DNA of 62,806 nt from positions 4,818,365 through 4,881,170 of the forward strand of contig BFEA01000019.1 of the NCBI GenBank assembly GCA_003427395.1. Reading direction: 5' to 3'. Position 1 is the first letter of the stretch; the number at the start of each line of letters is the position of its first letter. Made by a program: the position numbers and the translations under genes. The notes under the pieces were generated by a model. It worked only from the letters and a program-made list of their open reading frames with translations, was not told the DNA's origin and searched no databases. Below, in pieces: positions 1 to 12,095 of the stretch. The DNA comes from Chara braunii. Taxonomy: Eukaryota; Plantae; Charophyceae.

Positions 1-84
1 GTTCGGCCGCGGCCGGGGGGGGGGCGGCCTAGGCCGGCGGCCTCGGACGTGGCCGAACCAGGCCGCGGCCTACGTGCAACATAG
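1..84. mobile_element. Terminus of a CTATG...CATAG hAT-type DNA transposon; the other end lies outside the window
   Basis: GC-rich ggccgcggcc subterminal repeats end in ...cgtgcaacatag. The same CATAG terminus closes the TSD-bounded elements ending at 5070 and 18643. Confidence 0.6.
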
Positions 85-518
85 AAGGCGACCATCGTAG
101 ACACGTGGCTGATTCTCGGAGTCGATCGCTGATGAACTCCTACTGCCTCTGCCAGAACAACCCCCCAGGGGATTTCCTGCAAAACGAAACTCAGCAGCCG
201 TGTACACTCCCTGGATACAGAAGAACTGCGCAAGTCACCGAAGATCTGGATTGAGTCGTGGATGATGAACTTGTCGAATCGCCGAGATGTGACACCGTGG
301 CACCAACAGCGAATTGCCAAGAGCTCGCTCCGTAAGAAAACTCATGGCGATGGCGATGGAGACGGAGTAATGGAAAGAGAACGAGAGGGAGACGGAGAGG
401 TAGGCGATAAGCAGTCGCCGTCCTCTTCCGCAGCGGAGGAGGAATCGGACGAATGCGAAGATGGGGAAGGAGGAAGGGGACGAAGGTAGGACACGTGGCG
501 GATGATCGGACGAGCCGA

Positions 519-1707
519 TTAGCTGCCAGAGACCTCGGGCGCAAGCCGCATGGTGTTCACGCCGTTTGGTCCGAGCTCAATCACGCGGAATCGCCCGAAG
601 AATCGTGGCGTTAGCTTGCCTTGGCGAGCACATTTCCTCACATGCACGATGTCCCTCAATTTGTACTGGGGCCGTGGACCTGCGTTCCCGTTCCGGGCCG
701 CGTAGCTTCGAACCTGTCGGCCATGGGCCAACTCGGTCATTTTCTGGCATTTTCAGGCTAGCCTGCGGAGGGACCGTTCCATTAACTCTAGGTGCCGCTT
801 GGCCTTGTCTCACGCTGTGGCCCTTGTGGGCCGACGGTTGAGCGTTGATTCGTCAGGGAGGCTTGGTATCGATACAAAAGCGACGCTATTAGTCCTTAAT
901 TGGAAGGGGCTCGGGCCCGTCGATTCGTGGGGCGTTCCTCGATGGACCGCTAGGATGTGGTACGATATCGGGCCAGGGCCTCGGGTCCCATGCCGCGATG
1001 TTCCGTCGCAGTGCTGTCTTTATCACTCTGTTGGCGTTTTCTACCAGCCCATTAGATTGTGACATGTGGGGCACGGTGTTCTGCACAGCGACACCGTATA
1101 TGACCAGGTTCCTTAATACTTCCCCCCTGAATTCTGCCCCGTTATCGATCAGGATCTCTTCCGTATCCTGGTGCATTCCGAGAAAACGGTTAACATACCA
1201 CGTGATTTCGCCGGCTTGTCGCGTGCGACACGGGTAGGCCTCGATCCATTTCGAAAAATGATCGACAAATACCAATAGGACTGTATACTCATAGCTATTA
1301 GGATCAGGAGGTACCACAATATCGGTGGTATCCATACTCACCCTTTGAAATGGCCGCTTGACTATCGTTGGCACTATTGATCTGGGCGGCTGGATCGGCG
1401 CCTTGTCAGCAGCGCAGACTTGACAGTTTGCGACGATGAATTTCACATCGTCTCGGATATTGGACCAATACCATTCGTTTTTGTCGATGGCCGACTCTGT
1501 AATCCGTACGGCAAAATGGGCTGCCGTTTCTTCGTGTGCTGTCTTCACCCAATCATACCTCATGAACGGGTGCGGTACAACCATCCAAATCCCATTGCCA
1601 TCCGTTTTCCGTTTCTCTAACCTACCCTCGACCCATCGATAATTTCGAGCCCTTTCGTTAGCCCTTCTCCGATCTTCCTTGGTGAAATCCTGGAGGGCGT
1701 TACCCAC
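519..1707 (-). pseudogene. Gypsy integrase (HHCC zinc motif, DDE core, GPY/F-like C-terminal motif)
   Basis: ORF 889..1707 has AHEETAAHF...CQVC, SMDT, VDHFSKW, LIDNG and SNGLVE. Frameshifted continuation 519..740 has KLTPRFFGRFRV. Confidence 0.9.
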
Positions 1708-1827
1708 TCAGGTGGCAATCAAAGCGATGTCGGTCCACACTTCGGCCCGTCTAAACTTCCTGGTCTTTGCCAATCCTTCTGACGTGGCATCCAAAAAGCG
1801 AGCCTCAGTCGGGATCTTGTCAACCCG

Positions 1828-1959
1828 ACACAAGGGGCATAACCATGATTTACTATCATTTCGATATAGGATGCGCGAGCCATGAGCTCGTCCGACACAT
1901 TGTCGATAGTCTATCCATTCCTCATACCCTTCCCCGTTAGGACGCATGGAGACAGAATA
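1828..1959 (-). other. Degenerate PHD-finger-like (C4HC3) domain between RNase H and integrase
   Basis: YSVS-x13-YRQC-x4-H-x2-R-x9-WLCPLC. The four non-Cys ligand codons (TAT, TCC, TAT, CGC) are each one substitution from TGT/TGC. In frame with the integrase ORF across one TGA. Confidence 0.65.
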
Positions 1960-1984
1960 TATAGGAGAGATTGCTTCGCAAAAT

Positions 1985-3372
1985 TTAAACAGCAAAATTT
2001 ATCAGGCAGGGAGAGAAGAGATGAAGAGGACAGGGGAGAAAGAGGGGTTGTGGGGTTACCTCCGTCACCCATTGCCACCGGTCTGCTTCTTGCTTCTTGC
2101 CACGTGGGAGAACTGTCACTTGTCCGTACTTAGGCCCGTTCGTCGGTTCTGACTCCTTCCACGGAGTGATTTCCTCGCCCTTCGATACTTCAGTGGGCCG
2201 ATGCAAACGTGTCAGTCCGTCCGTGTTGCCGTGGCTCTCTGTCTTCCAGTGGATGATATCGAAGTCGTACTCCTGTAGTCGTACCGCCCAACGTCCAATC
2301 ATGCCCGTGTAATTAGTGAGCTTCTTCATGGCCAGCAGGGGCTCATGAGCCGTCACGAGGCGGAACTTCTGTCCGTACAGATACGGATGGAAGTGTTGGA
2401 TTCCCCAGACGACTGCACAGCATTCGCCTTGGGGTGTTGAGTCATTCTTCCGCTCGTCTGGCACCGTGCGCGACGCGTACTTAATGACATGCTCGCGACC
2501 ATCGTTCCCCTTCTGCGCTAGAATAACGGAAATAGCTTTCGGTTGCCAGTCCGTGATAAGAATGAACTGTTTCGAGGGGTCCGGACAAATCAAAATAGGT
2601 GTCGTCGCCAGAGCGTCTTTGAGGGTCGCGAAGGCCGGCTCACACTCCACGTCCCAACTGAGAGGCTGGTCCTTTCGTAACAGATTCGTTAGTGGTCGTG
2701 CAATCGCGGCAAAGCCTTTGATAAAACGGCGATAGTACCAGGCCAACCCTAAGAAGGTTCGAACTCGCATCAGTGACGTGGGAACCGGGGCTTCTCTCAC
2801 CGCCGCGACCTTTCTCGAGTCAGACCGTAATCCTCCACGTGTCACGACGTAGCCCAAGAACGAAATTTTCGAAAGGAAAAAATCGCTCTTTTCGAGTGCA
2901 ATCTTGAACGCAGCGTCCCTCAGCGCTCCCAGTGTCCACTCAATGTGTTGTGCATGCTCATGATATGTCTCCGAGTAGACAAGGATATCATCCATGTATA
3001 CGATCACGCAGAAGTTGATAATTCCCTGAGTTAGCCACGTCTTGTTGACGAAGTTATGGAATGTCATGTTCATCACTCGCTGAAACGTGGCAGGCGCATT
3101 GCCAATCCCCATCGTCGGGCCATCGGACACCGAACCCACTACCACGTGCCTGCAAACAACACGAAGGCCGTCTTCGGCCAATCTTCCTCCTTAACCAGGA
3201 TGTGATGGAAGCCATGCCGAATATCAAACTTACTGAAATAATTAGCGCATCCAATCGCATTCAGCAAATCATCAATCCGGGGGAGGGAATACACATCTTT
3301 AATCGTGATTTCATTCAGTTGGCGGTAATCGATGCATATGTGAATCGATCCGTTCTTCTTCGGTACTAACAC
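1985..3372 (-). pseudogene. Gypsy reverse transcriptase and RNase H
   Basis: LVPKKNGSIHICIDYRQLN, LPRIDDLL, NAPATFQR, VYMDDIL, FLGYVV, FLGLAWYYRRFI, ITDW, YASR and RWAVRLQEYDF. Frameshifted near 3140-3180. Confidence 0.93.
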
Positions 3373-3675
3373 TACTGGAAATGACCATGGTCCGGTGGCC
3401 GGTTCAATCCACCCGCTTGCTTCGAATTCCCATATTCGTTAGGGCTTGCAGTGGATCGGGGAATGATTTCCTGTCTGAATTTCGTGTTGAATAACGACAA
3501 GCCAATGTCAGTATCAGTTACGCTAATCGCTCCCTGATATTCCGTCAAAAATATCCATAATCACCCGGTGAATTTCGTCAGGTTTGTACTGTGAGACGTG
3601 TAACTCAAATAGCTGGTCCCAGATCCTCACGTCAATCTGCTTCATGCGTGCCTGTTTTGCCACATCGGGTGGTGG

Positions 3676-3920
3676 CTATGAAACACCTGCGGACGCGTTC
3701 GTGGGTTCGATCTCGGATGGCGGACGCAGATGAGGCCGCGTCCGCGGCCGACCCGGTACGCGCCGTGGACCTGATTTTACCAGAATTTTCCTAAATTACA
3801 TAATAGGTTAAAATATATATATATATGGGGTTATTGGGAATTTTAATCCCTACAACCCCATTTTTGTTTTTTTGGAATCCGACTTTGTTTAGGATTTTTA
3901 AAAAATTAAAAACTAAACTC

Positions 3921-3953
<33 letters not shown>

Positions 3954-4147
3954 TGGATTTTATTTTTGTCATTTTTTACAATGAGAAATATGGTCCCTGA
4001 GTTCACCTGTATTTTTTTAGTAATGAATTTCTGTTTTTTCTATGGGTATGAGGTGTTTAAAAAAAATACAGATGCAAAATTTAAAAATAAAGAAAGAAAA
4101 AACTTCAAAAAAGGGGTTTGATTGATTGATTGTGAGTGAGTGAGTAA

Positions 4148-4206
<59 letters not shown>

Positions 4207-4603
4207 TGTGTTTGNNNNNNNNNNNNNNNNNNNNNNNNNNNNNNNNNNNNNNNNNNNNNNNNNNNNNNNNNNNNNNNNNNNNNNNNNNNNNNNNNNNNNN
4301 NNNNNNNNNNNNNNNNNNNNNNNNNNNNNNNNNNNNNNNNNNNNNNNNNNNNNNNNNNNNNNNNNNNNNNNNNNNNNNNNNNNNNNNNNNNNNNNNNNNN
4401 NNNNNNNNNNNNNNNNNNNNNNNNNNNNNNNNNNNNNNNNNNNNNNNNNNNNNNNNNNNNNNNNNNNNNNNNNNNNNGGGGTGCTGCGATCCCTCCCCCA
4501 CCACTCAATCAATCAATCAATCAATCAATGAAAAAATGCAAAATCGAATAAATAAATCAATCAATCAATCAATCGTGGGGTGGGGCGACCCCAACCCCAC
4601 CAG

Positions 4604-4652
<49 letters not shown>

Positions 4653-5070
4653 TAATCAATCAAACAATCAATCCAAAAAAAAAAAAAAAAATCAAAGAAA
4701 TTCATCTATCCATCCATCCATCCATCCACCTATCCATCCATCCATCCATCCAAGGCGGGGAGGGGCGACCCCGCCCCCACCAATCAATCAATCAATCAAT
4801 GAATCAATCAATTAATCAATCAATCAATCAATGAAAAAAAAAAAAAAAAAAAACTTCTCAACCCCCCCAACCAAAATATGTTAATTTTCCATTTTTGGTT
4901 GTGTGGGGGGGTGGGGCCGGGGATGCGCCGCAGAATGGCGCTTCCCAGATCCCGAAACTCCCTCCCCTCTGGCTGCCACGTGGCGCCAAAGCCGCGCGTC
5001 CGCGCGCTGCGCGGCCTGGCCGCGGCCGCGGACTTGGCCGCGGTTGTCCGCCGCCTAGGGGTATTCATAG
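3676..5070 (+). mobile_element. Non-autonomous hAT element inserted into gypsy pol
   Basis: Termini ctatgaaacacc / ggtattcatag form an imperfect TIR. Perfect 8-bp TSD GGTGGTGG at 3668-3675 and 5071-5078. Interior has (GT)n, (TCAA)n, (CCAT)n and an N-gap. Confidence 0.9.
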
Positions 5071-5749
5071 GGTGGTGGCGCCGAGATAAACGAATGGTCC
5101 GATCGCCAGGAGAACACCGTGGCCATCATCTGGGCATCTTCCTCTCGGATGGCCACATGTCCTTCCGGGGTGATCCCATCGCAGATATCCTGCCATGGTA
5201 TAGTTTTAGTTGGGAATTTCACTCCGAGCTCGTCAAATTCAGTCTCGAGGCGCCCAGGGGGTTCCAAAGAACTGGCTTCCGCCCTCATGCAGTTGTACTT
5301 CTTTTGCAGGTGTCAGTAGGGACTTCGGTAGATCTATGATATCGCAGTAGTGCTTTTTGTCATTGTATCGAGCGAGGAGAGGGGAGATTCCTTCATACAG
5401 GGTTTGAGGGGTTCCAAAGAGTCAACCATCCTCGAAATTTGCACGAGAGGTTGTCCCAAAATCATCGCCTTAGTCCTTTGGATATTCCGACTGGTTAGGT
5501 GCATTGTTCTTGCGATCGTTCTGGGCGGCGGGTAATAGATATGCTGTCGTGGTAGCTTCAGAATTTCCGAATCATTTTCGTCACTGCTATCCACATCCTT
5601 CGATGATAACTCATCATCTGCGGAATCTTCCCAAGTGATCATACGAAGAATCCCTGCTATCATCGGTGAGACTCGCGGGACTGCGTTGATGGTAGTACGA
5701 AGAGTCAGTCTCATAGGTACAGCATAGGGTTTTCCTCCCGTATTTCGGA

Positions 5750-6342
5750 GGATGATTGACCGTCGTTCGAAATCCAAGTTCGCTCAGAATGCCACAAGAG
5801 CGGGAAGTCTGAAAAGAATGTCGTAGGTATTTACATCCAGCACCACGACATCTCCCAGTGCGTGCACCTTTCCTAATCGAAAAGCGACATTGGTCATTTT
5901 TCCCACTGTTTTAATCTTTTCTTCGTCTGCCGAAACGAGTTGATCCTACTCTGTAAGCATGATCAGGTCGTTTTCTCCTACCTGCACTCTCAACTACTCT
6001 CAATGAGATGGCCAAAACAGCAGCTCCCGAATCAATAATTGCGTTGTACGGAATCCCCCATATTTCAATATCACATTCCGCAGATTTCCATGGGATGGGT
6101 TTAATCCGTAGGAAATGGTCGTCTTTCTGTATTAATCCTACTTGTATTGGATCCGTCGTACCAGCCATGTTTTCTTCTGGTAGGGGATTCTTAGCCTTTA
6201 CGTTCGCGGTTCGGGCGAGGGCGAATCGTTTTCGGTTCGCCTTGCAGTGTTGTAGCATCCGCTCATTAGCATGTTCGGAGATCGAGAGCAGATGGCCGAT
6301 CGGAAGTGGAATCCGATCCAAGGCTCGGATGATGTTCAACAC
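5750..6342 (-). pseudogene. Gypsy aspartic protease region
   Basis: YNAIIDSGAAVLAIS active-site motif. Frameshifted downstream part reads VVVLDVNTYDILF...ANLDFERR. Confidence 0.8.
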
Positions 6343-6402
6343 GTCGATTTCTCATGTGACGAAGGTGGGTCCTCCCGACTCCATCTTTCCGGGAGAAGGT
6401 CG

Positions 6403-7500
6403 TCATTCCGCCACTTCTTTCGGTTTCGGTGCCGGTCTGATTGTTCCAATCATTCCAAGCCCAGGATAACCAAGCGACACATACTGATCTAACGGGATGA
6501 GCTCAGCGGCTTCTTCCGTAGTTGTTAACGCACTTCCCCCACCTTCTATTTCTTCCATCAGGGCTCTCACTCGTCCTGGTCCGTTAGCGATAGGAGTTGC
6601 GGCCATTGGTGCAACTCCGACCCGTTGTTGCGGGGGTTGGTGGGGGCAATCACAGTCTAGATGCCCTGGCTGGTGGCATGAATAAGAGACATTCAAATTC
6701 CTTGTGGCTCTTCCGAGAACAGGCGCCGGGGCCAGTCCTTGTTGAATCGGAAAGGCAGATACCGCGATGGGCCTCATGTTTCTCATCATGGCCTCTAACC
6801 GAGCGTTGTGCTCTCGCTGTTCCTTTTTGCTTTCCTAGATTAAGCTAATTAACATTTTAGTTAGTTCGAAGATGGCAGTAGATTCATTGGTTCTTACAGG
6901 GTTCTCAATTGGTGGTGGGGGTGCCGTTCTTACAAGTGTTGGCATCACAGGAACAGGGACACTCGGGATCTCACTTGGGGTCAGTCGTTTAGGGCCCACC
7001 TGTTCTAGATAGGTTGCTAGGCCAGACACAAATCCCATATTTTCGAACTTGTTCTGTAATGCGGCCAGCTCAGCTTTCCCCCTCGCCAGTTCGGACGAAT
7101 CTCCTTCCCTCGAATAGTCTTCTCCTTCCGGGAAGTTTGCCGCGAACTTCTGTTCCATTTCCTCTGCAGCGGCCATGATCTGTTGTAGCGTGTGATTGAT
7201 GGGGGACAACTGCTTTCGCAGCTTCGCCCTTATCGTTCGGCTGCGAAACCCATCAATAACCAAATCTCTCCCGACTTGCTCCCCTCGCTCAGTCTTCACA
7301 AATATTCTGTAGAACGGTTTCGGTATTTTGCGACAGACTCAAGAGGCTTTTGCACTCAGTCCTAGATCATGTAAAGTGCTTGCTCTGGATGGACATAATC
7401 AAATCGATTCAGAAACTCCCGTTCTAAGGTCGGAAGATCAACACATACATAGGTACTAAACCAATGATGAGCGTATCCTCCTAATCGAGCAGGAATGTTT
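6403..7500 (-). pseudogene. Gypsy gag remnant
   Basis: Broken ORFs 6835..7299 and 6403..6789 lie between the PBS and protease and carry a degenerate Cx2Cx4Hx4C knuckle. Confidence 0.7.
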
Positions 7501-7824
7501 ACTTGTCCTTCGTTATCGCTGTGCTCGGAGCGTGGCTAACCATGCTCTTGCGAGATGATGTCCTGGGTCGAATAGATAAAGATCAGGTGGCGTCATGGGA
7601 GCCCGTGCTCGTGGGGCGGGTTGATTAGGATTTGATTGATTGGCATTCCGTTGCGGATTCGGGCTCTGTAAGTTAGCAGCCATGTTGGTTGCTCGTCGAT
7701 TAACCGATCTGCTTCAAGTCATGACGGGGTCATGTCTATGCGCGTTCAGGGGGCGAGGTCGCCCTCGGTTAGCCAGATCGCCAAATTAGCGTGCTATTAT
7801 TCCCAAGACCCGGTCACATGTCGG

Positions 7825-7836
7825 GCTCTGATACCA
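7825..7836 (-). promoter_or_regulatory. Primer-binding site complementary to initiator tRNA-Met
   Basis: Plus-strand gctctgatacca is TGGTATCAGAGC on the minus strand, upstream of gag. The 5' LTR should lie at higher coordinates but its limits are unresolved. Confidence 0.85.
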
Positions 7837-10800
7837 ACCTCACGCCCAACGCGACTTCCTGATCGGAGTAGGATGTGGGCCTGGAAGTGCGAAAAGGGGT
7901 GTGCCAAGGATTTTTGGGAAAGTGGGGGTAGAGTTCCAGGTCAGAACTGGGATCTTCTCTGGCAGGATTTTTCAGGGGCACGAGTGCAATTTGGCGGAGA
8001 GGGCGGACCGCCTCAAGTCACAAGGCAAATGGTATGTGTGGGTCTCTTAGGGTCAGGCGAGCCATTGGTTTCGGGGACGGCGGTTTGCAGTAGGGTCCCT
8101 TCGGGGTCGGTGGGGCTCCGATGAGTCAGGTCGTCGGGAGTTACCACGTGGCGCCTGTCCTCGCGCGTTTGGGTTGGGCCTCCGGGATTCCAGGGTCCTC
8201 TGATCGCTGCGTCCTCAGTAGTTTCCGCAGGGCGTACTGGGCCAGTATGGGGCTATGGCCGGCCACGGGACGACGCCAAGTTGGTGATATGGAAGACAGA
8301 GGCGAAAGGGAGGGAAACTAGTGGAGACAACGACGAATCCAGGCTGGGTGAAGTTGTAGGTATGGTCCGAAGAGGGGAAATCAAAGCACCGGGGTCGCTA
8401 GTGGTGGCGCAATGAAATCCCCGAGGACACATTCGGTTCTCGCTTAGGCAAGGGTATCTCTGTCGGAGGATTTCCTTTATCCAAGGGGTGAAGTAATCCG
8501 GGTCGTATGATGAGTCTGGATTCTAGGATCGTGCCAATGTGTCATCGCGGAGTTATGAGCTGCCTAAGGGCGGGTCCGTGGCGATTGCGATCACCGCGTG
8601 TCAGCACGTGCAGGCTGGTGCGAACCAAGTCGTGCTCACACGTGTTCGCCCGGGATTACTGCTCCGTCGCAGGCCCTGGATGGTCGCATTCAGTCAGACA
8701 GTATTTCTGCCACTTGTATTGGCGAATCGACACACGGGGGCACGTGTAAATGCACAGATCAAGTCTCGTTTACACACGTCCTTGCGCGGCGTTCGCTAGG
8801 CCAGGCATCCGAATGTCTAATCACTCCATAAATGTCAAGTTTGCAATATGCAACAGGCACCACCGTCCAATCAAAAGATGAGGAAAAACGAGAACGGGAT
8901 TACCGATTGCACAAAATTCCTACTCATGAGTGCATCAAAGGCAGCAAACATAGGGAAAGGGAAGGATCCGGTAGAAAGACAAGCAACCAAACATGGGATC
9001 CATACATCCATTCATTGGGCAACATACACCCACAGTGCATCAGAGATGGAAATCGCGAAGACAAGTGTGAGCAAAAACCCAAGTCCAGATTCTGAAAACA
9101 GAGAACGGGCAAATCACCCGGAGCCGAAATCAAAATTTATGTACACGAGGCAGGAGGGAGAAAAGATAAAGAACTTGAAACAGCAAAACCGCGTCCATCA
9201 ACCTCAGCTCCCTCTTCCTCTCTCTCTCTCTCCAATGCGGACAGTCCGTCATCGCGCATCAACCCACGAAGCCGTCACCCCGCTTAGTCCTCCCGCACTC
9301 GTCAATTTCGCACACACCCACAGTCCGTCGTGGCCCGCGTCAACCCCGCGCGTTTGGCACCAGCTCATCGGGTCACCCGACTCCTGCTCTACTCACCTCT
9401 TACTTCGCTCGTGTGCCAACCCTCTCTGATCACGCAACCCCGAGCTTCAAACTGCTGGTTAAGAGAGCTAACTAAGCGCGCAGCCGAAAATTATAGCGTT
9501 CATGCATACGCGAAGAACACATAATTACCAGGACTTAGGAGGACGATTAGAGAGGGAGTGCCTGGGTCCTGCATGATCGGGTCGCGGCGTGAGGGACGTA
9601 GCCACTCTCCACACATCGATCCGAGCATGCAGTCCATAGCTAAAAACACAGCAAAAGAAAGAGAAGTAGGGCGGGAGAGACGAAGCGCAAGAAGAATGAT
9701 ACAGTTACAATGGCGCCAACCCAAAATTAGAGTTACACACCATATTAAAGGCGCCGACTAATCAGAATTCCGTTGCAGCCACATAAAGAAGCGCATAAGC
9801 AAAAACGCGCCGCGCGACTAAAAAAAGTCCTAATTACAAAAGTACAGGTTCCGGAAGGGAGGTCCAAAATTTCGAGACCCATCGGGGCTCGACAAAATTC
9901 AAAAAAGAATTCAAAAAAGAATTCAAAAAGAAAATTCAAAAAGAACGAAGCAAATTCCCGCGCGATGTCCTCGCCCGAATTCCCAAACTGAAACAAAAGA
10001 AGCGTCGTCAACATTCCGAGTAACCGTATGAACGCCATGAACGCGCGTTCACATTCAAACGCGCGCGTTCATACCCTCCTGCCCCACGTTCAATCGCGTT
10101 CAAACGCGCTACACGCGTGTGCATGCAAAAAAATTGAACGCGGTTCCCCGGGGCGCGCGCACGCGACGGGGGCTACGGCCCCCTGGCCGCCCCACCCCCA
10201 AAACCGCCACCTGCCAAGCCCCAACACCCCTACCCCCACCCAACGGAGGGCCACCCACTCCCACCACCTCCCCTCTTACCGTGCCTCTACAACACCTGGC
10301 GACATTTTTTTTTTTTTTTCCCGCCCATAAATACAACCCCCCAAACCATGCCACCCATTTACACACACACACACGCTGACACACACACACATTCACACAC
10401 GCACAAGCACACAAAAATTCACACCGTCGCACACACACAGGCACTTACGGTATGCCCCCCCAAACTGCGCCACCCATTTACACAACACATAATCACATTC
10501 ACACAGACACACAAACTGCGACCTTTTGTTTATTTTTTTTTCCAAAATATATGGGGTTTTTTTTTTTTTAAGCGCAAAACAAGCGGTTAGAGAAATTTTG
10601 AAAAAGGGTTGCAAGCAAAAAAAAAAAAAAAGGTGGTTTGGGGGGTTCGGGGCCGGGGGGGGGCTACGGTATGGTTTGGGTTATGAGGGGCCGGGAAGCA
10701 CTTCGGGGGAAGTGAGATTTCAGAGAAACCAAGGGCGGACTCAAAGCACACAAAACACTCGTCGTCTGAAAATAGAAATATCGCAAATGACAAGATGTAA

Positions 10801-11939
10801 TGATCGAAGCAAAACGCAAACCACAACAGCATGGATAATAGCAAAAATATGACACATTGTGTCGAAGCCCCGCCAGTCTATGGAAAAAAGTACCAACCCA
10901 AAAATGTCGATGAAAAGTACACTAAAATACACAGGAAAGCTATAATTTCCAAAGTAGCAAACTGTGCAGAAAAGTGCCTATTGGAAAGTACACTATAATA
11001 CAACATCACAAAACACTACGTCTGTCATGGATAACAAAAAACTAAACTCGAACGAAATGGCCATGTACTCCTACGAAAGAAGACTACAATACAACATCAC
11101 GAAAGACTACTTCTGCGCAGAAAAGCACCCACTAGAAAGTAGACTATAATACAACCTCACGAGACACTACGTTTGTCATGGATAACAAAAAACTAAAGTA
11201 CATTCAGAATGTCACGAAAACGCAAGTCCGTGATCCGTCAACGATCGTCATGCGCACGCGGATCTCGCTCGGACCGATGAGAACCGCCACCTCCCCTTCG
11301 ACCACTGCCACGCAGTCGATCTCTCTAACGCTGGCCACCGCGTCTGCCAGCGGAAGGCTCGGGAGCGACAGGACACTCGTCGGGGTCGTCATCCATGATG
11401 AGTCTCCTGCCTCTCAACGTTCTGCCTACACCTGCGGCTGCTAGGTCATCACATCGGCGTGACTCGCGTGCCATAGGAAGACCGTCTGTCCCTGAAGTCT
11501 CCCTCTCCTGCTGTCGATCTAATGGCACGTGTCTCTCCTGCCTCGGTCGTGTAACAACGTCAGACTCATGCAAAATAATCGACGCCTCTCTCAAACCGTA
11601 CGTCAAGGGCGGATCCACTGCGCTCGCTGTGGCAACGCCTGCACCCTCACGTATGTCGTCGCCCTGGCCACCGCTGCAACCGCCTCTACCACCAAACCCT
11701 GAAGCTACAACATCTCAACGTCTCACAGTCGTGGAAGCCCCTCTCAAACCTGGCTGACGACCGGCACTCGACGTCGTCACCCGTCTCGTCTCGCTCCATG
11801 GTCGATCTGTGTGACCGAACAACATGGTTTCCAACAACTCCCGCGCACGCTGGGTAGTGTCTCTCCGTCTACGATCAACCAACCTCAGGGTGAGACTGCC
11901 GCCCTCCCTCGGAGCTGCGGTCAAGGGTGACGAAGGGCA

Positions 11940-12095
11940 TGCGGCGCCTCTAGATGGCGCTGCGACCGAACCTCCAGAAGGTAAGTCCCATGCGGCCCCG
12001 CCAGATGCTGCTGCGACGGAACCTCCAGAAGCTAAGCCCCCAGCAGCCCGGCCAGATGGCGCTGCGATGGAACGCCCAGAAGGTAAGTTGGGGCT
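11940..12095. repeat. Three 51-bp tandem repeats in the low-complexity tail of the hAT element
   Basis: The unit c(c/t)agatggcgctgcga..gaacctccagaag recurs at about 11950, 12001 and 12052. Confidence 0.75.

Larger units (their letters stand above)
85..7836 (-). mobile_element. Decayed Ty3/gypsy LTR retrotransposon internal region (GAG-PR-RT-RH-INT), interrupted by a hAT insertion
   Basis: On the minus strand, in order: PBS (7825-7836), gag-like ORFs with a degenerate zinc knuckle (SYSCHQPGHLDCDC), protease IIDSGA, RT (CIDYRQLN, YMDD), RNase H, integrase and a GPY/F-like motif. RT-RH-INT order is gypsy-type. Many stops and frameshifts. Confidence 0.93.

Noticed and set aside
85-520. Chromodomain at the gypsy integrase C-terminus
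   Set aside because: Only low-complexity sequence is visible, with no chromodomain motif before the hAT insertion. A part outside the window cannot be excluded.
4017-4655. Long ORFs across N-gaps and microsatellites (also 14807-15939, 17564-18543, 53835-55498, 61765-62307)
   Set aside because: Artefacts of N runs and simple repeats (poly-HT, ER, F, S).
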